Positions 1 to 12,667 of a DNA stretch of 64,000 nt are shown piece by piece (position 1 is the stretch's first letter; the number at the start of each line of letters is the position of its first letter). Under the pieces are notes generated by a model that was given only the letters and a program-made list of their open reading frames with translations, did no database searches and had not been told where the DNA came from. The position numbers and the translations under genes are program-made. Origin of the DNA: Octopus sinensis (Eukaryota); the NCBI RefSeq assembly GCF_006345805.1, contig NC_043018.1, positions 1,860,001 through 1,924,000 on the forward strand, given 5' to 3'.

Positions 1-587
1 ATATATATATATAGGTGTGTGTAGGTATGTATATATATACATGTGTGTGACTCTTGGATAAAAATGTAGATAAGCAGATAGATATATAGATTGATTGATT
101 AACTTTAATGCAAAGTTAAACTAATAATTGATATATTGAACTTAAAAAGTGTCCATACTTATATTTGGTGGTTAGATATGTATATTGGATATGTGTGTAT
201 ATGCTTGCTTATGTATATGCATTTGTCACTGAGAGCTTGCAAAGTTAGTATGAGGATATGTGTATGCAAGCGTGCACAAACAGACACAGAAACACACACA
301 TGTATATATGCTACATGTACATATATATGTATAATGTAGGTCTATATGCTTCTATACAAATGTAGACATATATACTTATATACATGCATACAGGAATACA
401 TACATGTACATACAAGAAAGCAGCTTGATTGTACGCACATAAGCATAATGTGTATATGTATATATACCATATAGAATAGATATAACTATGTACATATATA
501 TATACATATAAATATATATAAATCATTTATACATATATAAATTTAGAACACATATGTTTATATTTATAAACAGAAACTTATATATAC

Positions 588-626
<39 letters not shown>

Positions 627-804
627 CATGCATACATATTTATATATATACACAAAGATGCATATCAGTGTATACACACACATATTTAAGTTTGTATGTG
701 TGCGTGTATATATATTATATATGTGGTGTATTTAGGTATGTATGTATGTATGTATGTATGTATGTATGTATGTATGTATGTATGTATGTATGTATTTATG
801 TATG

Positions 805-838
<34 letters not shown>

Positions 839-840
839 TG
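1..840. repeat. (TA)n/(TATG)n microsatellite-rich low-complexity block
   Basis: Direct reading; long (tatg)n run about 737-835. ORFs here are repeat translations. Confidence 0.95.
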
Positions 841-1321
841 TATGTTTGTAAATCTCTAAGCGAATTTTTCGTTGATATAGTAATGGAGTTTCACTGAAAA
901 AAATCTCTGTATGTTTAACAGAACGCGAAATTTACTGCTTCCCAAACCAACGCCCTATGCAAAAGAAATTTTGTTCCTTCAATGTTCCATTTAATGTACC
1001 GTAAATATAACTATATATTGACGAATGTTTGTTTTTTTTCCATAACGGTAGCTACCAGGACAGATTAAAAAGTATGTGGAATCCAGTATATTTCTCTGAC
1101 ATGAAAATTGCTCATTATGCACGAGCAGAATTAGGCATACTTAAAACATATGGGACACTTGACGGTCTACAGATGTCATTGGATCGAAGGCTTTTGTTAA
1201 GAAATAATACTGGAGAGGAGGCTTATGTGCATACTTACATCTGAACACATATGCGCGCAGATACACAACACACACCACACACACACACACACACAACACA
1301 CACATATATATATATTACACA

Positions 1322-2165
<844 letters not shown>

Positions 2166-2184
2166 TAGTTATGTATGTGTGTGT

Positions 2185-2332
2185 AATAATAAGTTTGATT
2201 CAGCTCCAACTAATTTTAATTTTCGTAGCTCCCTCCTCGGGCTCACAGAACCAATTCCGTTCTACATGCCTGATGAGTTAGATTTTATCGCAGGAAATTC
2301 TAAGTTGCATGGAGCCGAATCAGATTGTTATT
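2185..2332 (+). mobile_element. ~150-bp non-autonomous element with ~24-bp terminal inverted repeats and a decayed hammerhead motif
   Basis: Left aataataagtttgattcagctcca vs revcomp of right end aataacaatctgattcggctcca. Internal catgc-CTGATGA-g-hairpin-gtt-gcatg (2265-2311) lacks the CGAAAC segment. Confidence 0.65.
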
Positions 2333-2855
2333 AAATAATACAAACACACACACACACACACACATACACACACACACATATACCGCTTGTATGCGGTATA
2401 CATGCAAAAAACTGGAAATGCGAGTACAGATATACACGAATATATTTATGTGTCTTTTTTTGTAATATGACGTCAATCTCAACGGCATTGTTAAACAAAG
2501 ACAGCGAAATTAAATGCATCCGAATGAAAAACTTTCAAAGGTCGGAATTGAACCCGTCATGAGGCCCTCTGTTTGTGATTTCACTATTACGCTCAGTGCT
2601 ACGGAAGTACCGGTGGGGTGGGGCGTAGAGATAGATTCTGAATACCTACAAAAATATGACTAAATGGATGATGCATATACACAGTGCTTCCCGCCGAACC
2701 GTGAGTCGAATGGCAACATTAACAGAACTTGTAATTTTTCTTGTGATTGGGATAGTAACTAAAAGATCCATCTCGAAGGTTCTTTTGCAATCGAAAGACC
2801 TACACATTGGTAGAAATGATGCTGAACAGAAGAGACTGGGAGAGTTGGAAGATGT

Positions 2856-3317
2856 TACAGTTCTATATTTAAGAGATGAGGAATTATGTACATTAGCAAC
2901 GTTATTTACATTTGACGGGCATATGGCGTACTGGTTAAGAGCGCGGGCTACTAACCTCAAGATTCCGATTTCGATTCCAGCCAGTGACCTGAATAATAAT
3001 AATAATGATTATAACAATAAATGATACCAGGCTTACCATCCCTACAGCAAGTGCAAAAAATCGTGTTAACAGGAACGGCTCATATACTGAGAAGAGCATT
3101 ATCGCTGTGAAAACAACATCCATACATGAATTTATTTATTTATTAATTTTTTAAATACATGTTTTACATATAGATTTGCGTGTGTAATCTGGGAATGCAT
3201 ACAATGAGCTTCTCTGCCCTAGGTGTACGGAAAACACTCGGCGAGAAACGGAAGAAATTGTTAAGAAAGAAGGAAAAAATAATAATAGAAATAATAATAA
3301 TAATAATAATAATAATG

Positions 3318-3353
<36 letters not shown>

Positions 3354-3500
3354 TCGAAAGAAATACCTCAGGAATGAGAACCCCGGTTCGAAATTTCCCC
3401 AAGACACATGATGAAGGCTGGAGGGTATATCAGCCGAAGCGTTGTGTCAACAACCAGCAAGATGAGGACATATATCCGTCAAATGTAAATAATGTAAATA
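2856..3500 (+). mobile_element. Composite SINE: inverted tail + tRNA-like Pol III head + (AAT)n + PLE-type tail with degenerate hammerhead
   Basis: A-box TGGCGTACTGG 2924-2934, B-box-like TTTCGATTCC 2969-2978; (AAT)n; tail 3351-3500 with gacac-ATGATGA-a-ggctg/cagcc-GAAG-cg-tt-gtgtc (3403-3448); ttatttacatttgacgg (2902-2918) is the revcomp of ccgtcaaatgtaaataa at the 3' end. Confidence 0.75.
3021..3285 (+). mobile_element. 5'-truncated R4/Dong-type (REL-endonuclease) LINE 3' end inserted in the SINE's AAT repeat
   Basis: 3021-3110 reads MIPGLPSLQQVQKIVLTGTAHILRRALSL*, resembling the R4/Dong C-terminus (Q-K-x-V-L-x-G-T-A-H-I-L-R-x-x-L); 3' UTR runs into (AAT)n. Confidence 0.7.
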
Positions 3501-4234
3501 ACTGAAAGATGGTGCTGAAAATATAGATAAGTGTACGTCATAATTCTATGGAAGATACTACGAGCTCTAACTGAAGTGTCAGTATGATGTAGTCGCTAAA
3601 ACAATACGTAATGTCAACCGTATAAAAGACCACGTACAGTATATATAGAAACACACGCTTCTTTTGTTTAAGACTTCCGTACTTTCAGCATTCGAAATAT
3701 TTGTGGAATATTCTTAATCAACCTCTGTTAAATTAAAACTATAGCAATCATAATATATTTGCTAGAAAAGAAAAAAATAAATTGTTATGAACAGATACAG
3801 TGGTTTTCCTTAAAAATCACAGTGAAGGATATATTTCAACTGTTTCGGAATGTTTCGCTTTCTCTGCTCGGGATTATAAATGTTCTTTCCACGCATGAAT
3901 TACTGCTGTACTTGGTTATGTTAATAAATTTTAAATGGCAATGTAAAACAGCTGGTGTGTTCAGGAATGAAGGTTAGTAAGTCACCTTGAAAATGAAATA
4001 AGTGGAACAGTTAACATAAGTAAGACATTTCAAAAATAACTACATCTATCTCTTTATCTAACTCATCATCATCGTTCATACATACATCTCCGCGATGAAT
4101 CATTTTTTAAAATCAATTATCTTCTTCTTCAGTTTAATCTATTAGTTCACACCAGTACACTGATACATGGCTGCGTGCATATGCACATTAATATGCATAC
4201 CAACATATGATTATTATAAGTATACACACACACA

Positions 4235-4346
<112 letters not shown>

Positions 4347-4350
4347 AGAT

Positions 4351-4406
<56 letters not shown>

Positions 4407-4763
4407 GTAGGTAGGTAGGTAGGTAGATAGAGATAGGTACACAGATAGGAGATAGATAGATAGATGTACATATACAATCATACGGAGAACAACAGATATT
4501 CACACACATCATATATATATATAATATATATATATTATATAATATATATATTATATATTATATATATGTACATATACACATGCATACGCATACATGCACA
4601 TATATATACACGTATATATAAATACATGCATTTTCACACGTGCACAATCATACTCATACATTTACACATGCATACTGATACATACATATAAACACACAAA
4701 CACACACACACAGGTATATGTACAAATATATATGTGTGTGTGTGTGTTTATGTATGCAGTATG

Positions 4764-4794
<31 letters not shown>

Positions 4795-4802
4795 ATATAC
4801 AT

Positions 4803-4834
<32 letters not shown>

Positions 4835-4894
4835 ATATATATATAATATATATATATATATATAAATATTAATTTGTAACTGAATTATGGAAGT

Positions 4895-4937
4895 CCACCT
4901 GAAGATTGTCGATCAAGACAAGAAACGATTGTAGTGG
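4895..4937 (+). ncRNA. Type-I hammerhead ribozyme, canonical core intact
   Basis: Stem I ccac/gtgg; core CTGAAGA (4899-4905); stem II ttgtc-gatcaa-gacaa; GAAA (4922-4925); stem III a-c-gatt-g-t; predicted cleavage after A4933 (GUA). Confidence 0.8.
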
Positions 4938-5023
4938 CGGTTTTTTGACTATTTATTAAATTTTATGTATTGATTAAGTCTTTCCTTGTTTGTTTTGCAA
5001 AATAGTGGTTTTGTCTCAAATAA

Positions 5024-5070
<47 letters not shown>

Positions 5071-5647
5071 ATATATGTATATACATATATATATAATATT
5101 TATATATAATATACGAACAATAATAAGCACAAACACATCTACATAATCTAGATATATAGATATCCTTACCTACATCAATCCTAGCATAGAGACGCATATA
5201 GACATACACGCATGGTCCCCACCATATATGGGCAAAGATCTATAAACATTGACATTAGTAACAGTCGAACGTCAGAAGTGAATGCCCAAGAAATGCAATA
5301 TGGAAGTTTACGTTGCGATATTTGTTCTAAGTGCCAATATTTCTTTAGATCTCAATAAATAAGATGAGAAACATTGGTTGTATAATAGCGTATGGAGCAC
5401 TTCCGTGGTCTTCTGTGTGTATTTGTGTGTGAATTTGTATGTATGTATGTATGTATGTATGTATGTATGTATGTATGTATGTATGATGTATGTCACAAAT
5501 AGAATTCTATTTTGATAGATTTATGTCTCTCAGTGTCCATGTTTCTCTCTATCACTGTCTTCCTGCTTCTGTCTCTTAATATGAGCGCGTATATTTATAG
5601 ATATATACATAGATAAATAAATATATAAACATACATATATATGTATG

Positions 5648-5693
<46 letters not shown>

Positions 5694-5772
5694 ATAGTAT
5701 GTATGTATTTATGTATGTATTATATATATATATATATATAGGTATGTATGTATATATAAGTATATGTATGAG

Positions 5773-5809
<37 letters not shown>

Positions 5810-7109
5810 CGATGTATGTATGTATTTACACAGATAGGCATATATACACACTGGCATATACACTTATAAATTCACACGCATTCATATGTGTGTGTGTCTG
5901 CGTGTGTGGTCTGCGTGTGTGTGTCTGCGTGTCTGTGTGTGTGTATTTCTGTGTGTACATGCATGTCTGTCTATATGTGTATATGTATACATAAAAGTAT
6001 ATAGTTACTGAAAAGTGTATGACAGCCTTACTTCCATTCCTGTTTGAGTAATGACCGTGGCAATTTTGGTCGGTGATCTAAGACACATGGCTTTCTCGGA
6101 ATGGATTGTGTCCAGAACCTAAACACACACGCACACACACACACATACATAGACACATACACACATGCTCACACACACACACACACACAAACACACTAAC
6201 CCATAAGGACACAGCGCATACACATTGTTCAATATATAAATCTTTCACTGACACAACCATCTCTGCTACACAACAGCAAAACGGCGATAAATAAAGTTAA
6301 GGAACACGAAACTATGATTTCCCAAAGTTTACTCTATCATTTTCTACAATACTGTACGGCACCAGTTGGTAGAATACAACCGTGCCCTGCAGCGTTCCAT
6401 CCCGCATCGAACTGCCACTACTCAACATTATCTAAATGCAACACAATTTAGTGTAGCATATTTCACACCGCTCTAGGTTACTATACCATACTCTAGTGTA
6501 ATGTAGCGAATTTTACTCTAACATACTGTGCTACTTTGTACGCGAATTTATCTAGACTTACTGTACAATTCTGTAAAGTATCCTGCTCTGGTTATATAAT
6601 GATGCGTAGTGCTATATGGAATGTGTTTGCTACAAGATAATGATTTCGTCGGTTCGATTATTGCAACGGCTCACGGGCTGTACGTTCTGACCTTCAGCCC
6701 AGAGTTCATTTCACGTTTTGTTTTACCAGAGATGGCAATCAAAAATGATTACCATACAGCAACGGGTTAACCCTGCAGCACACCGGTAATTTTCTGGTAT
6801 TTCTTCCGGTTTCGCTTTCTAGTTTCAAATTCTGTCCTGGTGGGCTTTGATTTCCACCATTTTGAAGGTCAATAAAATAAAGTACCAGTCAAATTATTCG
6901 CTTTATAGTATCGATGGGTGGTTTATACTGTACAATCTAGCGTACAAGACAGCATTCTACATTACATCATTGTACTTTATTCCACTCTACCATGCATACT
7001 GTACGCTCATCCCTCATTCCACCTCAGTTAAAATTGTTTATCCTGTGTTTATACTATATTTATATGGGTGTATATATACCTCACCATTTTTATTATTTAT
7101 GTAATGTAT

Positions 7110-7328
7110 GGGCGGCGAACTGGCAGAATCGTTAGCACGCTGGGACGAAATGCTTGGCGGTATTTCGCCCATGCTACGTTCTGAGTTCAAATTCCGCCGA
7201 GGTTGACTTTGCCTTTCATCCTTTCAGATTCGGTAAAATAAGTACCAGTGAAACAATGGGGTCGATTACATCGACTGGCTCCACCCACAAAATTTCGAGC
7301 CTTGTGCCTATAATAGAAAGGATTATTA
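7110..7328 (+). mobile_element. tRNA-derived SINE, family A (central gccgaggtcgactttgcctttcatcctttc domain)
   Basis: A-box tggcagaatcg, B-box gagttcaaattcc, conserved central domain; flanked by direct repeat atgtaatgtat (7099-7109, 7329-7339) as TSD. Confidence 0.9.
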
Positions 7329-7339
7329 ATGTAATGTAT

Positions 7340-7690
7340 ATGAGCGGTAAATCAGTAAAAGGAAAATGGTTCGCTTTGCAGCCACAAGATCTCTAGTTTG
7401 ACCCAGCTACATCCTGTCTTGGACAAATGTCAAATTTTGTACTCCCGAGTTGTCTCATACATTGTAAGAGAAACTGGTTGAGCGGAAACTGTATTGAAAC
7501 CTGTCCAGTGGATTGCATCTGTAATTCAAAAGCGGCAACTTTGTGAAACGCTGAGTCTCCTCGATTCTACTGAAGTTTTATGCTAAGGATGCATATGTGT
7601 GCAGTATACCCAGCCACTTATAAACTAATTCCAAAGCAGGCAATTCAGTTGATGGATCAAATGAATCCTCTCCGGGAACGATGGAGATCC
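7340..7690 (+). mobile_element. Old, diverged SINE (3' part resembles the family C tail)
   Basis: Decayed tRNA-like head; 3' part taaggatgcatatgtgtgcagtatacccagccactta is similar to the family C tail at 15415-15460. Confidence 0.45.
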
Positions 7691-8063
7691 ACCATCACAC
7701 ACATGTGACGATTTGTTATAATAATCTGTTGACTAGAAACCTAAATACCAACCAGGATATAATTACGTCTTTTGGTTGTAGGGAGCAAGGTCCTTCTAAT
7801 ATCCCCAGATTGAATTTTACCAGTTGCAACTTCACATATCCTATATTCTGAGAGGCAACATAATAAGCATGGGTAATATGTACGCAGGCGTGGGAGTGCG
7901 ATTTAGAGGTGCGCTTTGGGGCCAAACGATTCTGATTTCGTCTTTCAATGTTCGGCTCCACGAACAGCTGAGTGAAATTTGCTGGACGAAGACTTTGGCT
8001 TACAAGGCTACAGCCTTACAGCCTTGTAAGCCTATGTTTGACTCTGTGTCTATATCTGTAGAT

Positions 8064-8285
8064 GTGAAGGCGCGTGGCTTAGTGGTGAGGGTGTTGGACT
8101 CATGATCGTAAGATTGTGGTTTCGATTCCTGGACCGGGCAACGCGTTGTGTTCATGATCAAAACATTTCATTTCCTGTTGCTCCAGTCTACTCAGCTGGC
8201 AAAAAAGGAGTAATCTTGCTATGGACTGGTGCTCCATGCAGGTGGGGAATTCATACGCCATGGAAACCGGGAAACCGGCCCTTAC
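8064..8285 (+). mobile_element. tRNA-derived SINE, family D
   Basis: gtgaaggcgcgtggcttagtggt (A box), ggtttcgattcc (B box), body ending gaaaccgggaaaccggccctta. Confidence 0.8.
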
Positions 8286-9165
8286 TAATTGGTATGATTT
8301 GGAAAGGTAGCCTTTAACTTTTTACTTGATCACTTTACTATATATATACATACAAATATATGTATGTATATATATAGTAAAGTGAAAAAGTATATATATT
8401 GTTGTATTTCGGAATGGTCATTTTGCCAGTTTAGCCAATATATATATATATATATGTTTACCAGTGTAAAATCCGGGGTTATCTCTCCCTCTCTCTCTTT
8501 TTTCTTCCCCTCCTCTCTCTCTTTCTCTTCCCCTCCTCTTCTCTCTCTCTTTTTCTCTCGCTCTCTCTCTCTCTCTCTCTCTCAAAGCAAGAGAGTATTA
8601 TCAACTTAGCAATACAATGCAGTAGGATCGATAGAATAATAACCGAACTGGAATCAAAAGCAGGGTTTGAGGTGATGAAGTAGAACTTCTTTATTGAACT
8701 GCCGTGTTCACATTACTGACCACCGCAACACAATGGCTAAAGCCGTTACAGAGCTCCATTTAACGGAATATATTCCCATATCTAAAATGTCTGCTCTTTC
8801 ACAAACGCTATTACACGTCGTCTTCAGCACCGACCCTACCTTCCCCACCAACCCAACACCATGCACTGAGGACGGACATCATAATCTCCGCTAGGATTTG
8901 TTCTCTGTCAGATATTACAAGCAGGAAACTTAATACTATAAGAGATTATTTAGTCGGCCGCTCCTCAAACGTCTCGACAAATTCCATTATCGTCACATAA
9001 TCATCTATAATTATGAAATTTCATTAAATTACCACTGATTTCTCAGCCTAACTTTTTAGGTCTTCGTATAAATTTCTCGAGAGCACATATCTTTCTATAT
9101 ATATACATACATACATGCATACATACAGATAAACATACATTTATGCATGCATAAATACATACATG

Positions 9166-9204
<39 letters not shown>

Positions 9205-9448
9205 TCTTTTATATATTTCAACCCTATGGTTATATCGCATTATATATGTATATTTATACACGTATACATGGGCTCACATATATATATATGTATATACAAC
9301 ATATGTGTGTATATATGTGTACATATATATTATACATACGTATATGTATATATATATATATATTTACATGTACATATATATACAAAGACATACATATAAA
9401 ATAAATGTATATATATATGTGTATATATATAGATACGTACGCATATAT

Positions 9449-9494
<46 letters not shown>

Positions 9495-10049
9495 AGGCAC
9501 ATAGAGAGTGGAGTGTAAATAGAGCAACACATATACTGTGTTAATTTGTGTATATATGTATTTTCTTGTAAGTGTATGCATATATACACATAGACAGATG
9601 ACCCCTGGATATGATTGCCAAACGGCATCTTGCAGTACACACTTGGTCACGTTGGACGAGGTAATCACATGATCAGTTTATGGAAAGGGGACGCAATGCA
9701 AGCGAAGGCATACATTTTCGCCCCTACTTGATGTGACTTTTCAGAGTGAAACCATTTCTATATCTAACTTTTACAAGAGTATTGCAATACTAATAATCAT
9801 AAATCTATGTAGAAATGGACGACGGTTTTCATTCAATCCCTATAATATTAAATCAAGTACACACACACACACACACACACATAAATGTATGTATATATAT
9901 ATACCAATTCAAATAAAAGGATAAAAACGGACAACAGATGACGTGTATAAGAAATATATTAACTTGACACTCGGTAAAAGAAGATATATGTTTATGTGTG
10001 TTTGTGTGTGTGTGTACATATATATATAAATATGAATATATATTTGTTC

Positions 10050-10061
10050 CATGCTCATGAG

Positions 10062-10131
<70 letters not shown>

Positions 10132-10349
10132 TATATATGGAGAGAGAAAGATTATTAATATTTATTTGTATATGAATGGATAACATGTGCGTAGATATGT
10201 GCAAAGGTAAATATGTACGTGTGGTTATTCGTGTTAGAGATAGATAGGAGGATAGAGAGATACATTGGTCGATAGATCGACAACGAAAGACACATGCGCA
10301 ATAGGACATAGAAACTAACAGACATATAGATAGACAGATAGATACACAC

Positions 10350-10392
<43 letters not shown>

Positions 10393-10441
10393 TACATACA
10401 TACATAGGTAGATAGATAGGTAGATAGGTAGAGATAGATAA

Positions 10442-10519
<78 letters not shown>

Positions 10520-10542
10520 GGATAGATAGATGATAGATAGAT

Positions 10543-10617
<75 letters not shown>

Positions 10618-10670
10618 GGATAGATAGATGATAGATAGATAGATAGGTACAGACAGACAGATGGACAGAC
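10050..10670. repeat. (TA)n and (GATA)n compound microsatellite
   Basis: Direct reading; source of the spurious 205-aa ORF. Confidence 0.95.
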
Positions 10671-11109
10671 AAAGAGAAAGTGCGTGTGTGTGTGTTACAG
10701 AAACAGAGAGAGGGATAGAAAAAGAGACAGACGGTGGGGTGGGGACAGACAGTAAGGCCTACATCTAATTACATTACGTACTGATAGTAAATTCCTCCAA
10801 TAGTTTTATTAAATCCCAAATCCCAGAGTGGCATCGAAATATGTCATACCGTTAGACTGCGTACAGTAATTAGGAAAAGTGTTGAAGCGAGTCTCCAATA
10901 AGTAGCTTTCCTGTTTGTCTTAGTCCTGCGCAAAGCCAACCAGATATATTAATGCACACTGGATTCGTCTGATCTCGGTGATGGAGCGGTGAATTTTTAT
11001 TGGATGGGGATTGATTCTGAACAGAAATGGTTTGGAATGGAGCGCTGGGAATACAGGCAAATAATAAAAATATAAACAAATAATATAAATCTATACATAC
11101 AGTACTTAT

Positions 11110-11195
<86 letters not shown>

Positions 11196-11348
11196 ACCAG
11201 AAATATATATGAAACTTGGAAGCTTTCCACATAAATATGCGTTCGTCAAAATGTATCTGGCAACTTGTTATAAATTTTGCTCAAGGTTTAGCAACTTTAG
11301 TTAGTATGAATGTATCAATATGTTTAGAAGTGTACACATATGAGTGTG

Positions 11349-11380
<32 letters not shown>

Positions 11381-12337
11381 CGTGTGTGTGTGTGTATGAT
11401 GTATATGTATATAACTACAAACGCATACGTATGTACACCCACTCGAAATAAAATGCAAAACACGATTATGTACGCATATGATTATGTACGCATTGTTTTT
11501 ATATATATATATACTATAGACGTATAGACACATTTATGCATACATTCATATACACATAATACGTACGTATATATGTGTTTCTATATATAGTATATTATAT
11601 ATAATTTCATACATGCATATTCATACTTACAGAATTACGCGTATATTTATGAATATATGAATACACAGTCATACACATATACGTGTACATTTACGCATAA
11701 ATGCACTCACACACAAACACACACACACACACACAAATATACATACATCGGTGCGTTGTGTCTGTATGCATGTATTCCTTTGTGCTTACATATAAATATA
11801 TGTGCATATATATATATTTATATATATATGTGTGTGTGTGTATGTATATGTATGTATATGCACGGTAAAATGCGCAAGAATACAGATATCAGGAGTTGAA
11901 GTGTAACCGTGTCCTATATTACGCTGGAAATCGACAAATTTCTGTGGAGTCGTTCACATTTGGTTCGAGAATATTAAGTAGAATAGAACTGTTTCTGTAA
12001 GAATTATCGATCTGGGACAAATAAGATTGGCTTTTTGTTTTTATTTGTTCTTCTGGTTTCATATTATATTTATTGCTCATCTCTCAGACTCTCCTGCAGC
12101 TGACCGAGTTGATAAGATGGCGACTTACCAGGCGAAGTGTCTGAGAATGTTTCCTTGACTCTACATACGCCGCCCGAGATGTTTGCTTCTCTGTGTTGTT
12201 TCAGTTGTAATAGGTGTCGCTTGGCTCAATGATAAAGCTTGCTCGCCGAATAGAAAACGAACGAGACACCTCAGAACAACGATGTAGCCGTAATATAGTC
12301 CTATGATCATGCTTAGCTAAGCTCTCTGCTCAGTCAC

Positions 12338-12394
<57 letters not shown>

Positions 12395-12591
12395 TACATA
12401 CATGCATACATGCACATGTGTATGTATGCATGTGTATGTATATATAAATATGTATGTATATACACACATATTTATGTATATATATATATATATATATATA
12501 CATAAATATACAAATTGAGATAGGGGTTGTTATCTGGTAGTTGATTATTGATTAAGGTGTATTTCTCCATTTTCTTATTTTGTATACATAA

Positions 12592-12667
<76 letters not shown>

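Noticed and set aside
1029-1244. 71-aa ORF with ordinary composition
   Set aside because: No recognisable motif and no convincing splice pair.
2917-2990. tRNA gene calls for SINE heads (also 7110, 8064, 15147, 55488)
   Set aside because: A/B boxes are present but no complete cloverleaf; each continues into a repeat body.
2656-3024. 122-aa ORF resembling a secreted precursor (hydrophobic N-terminus, KR sites)
   Set aside because: Its 3' half (from 2856) is the inverted tail and tRNA head of a SINE; likely fortuitous, though a GTGAGT donor at 2701 cannot be excluded.
8660-9060. Possible GIY-YIG remnant and a CTGAGGA-cgga/tccg hairpin near 8866
   Set aside because: No YIG motif, and GAAA and stem I partner absent; too degenerate to call.
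9598-9660. 63-nt open segment ending in GAG|GTAATC
   Set aside because: Acceptor lacks a pyrimidine tract; peptide unrecognised.
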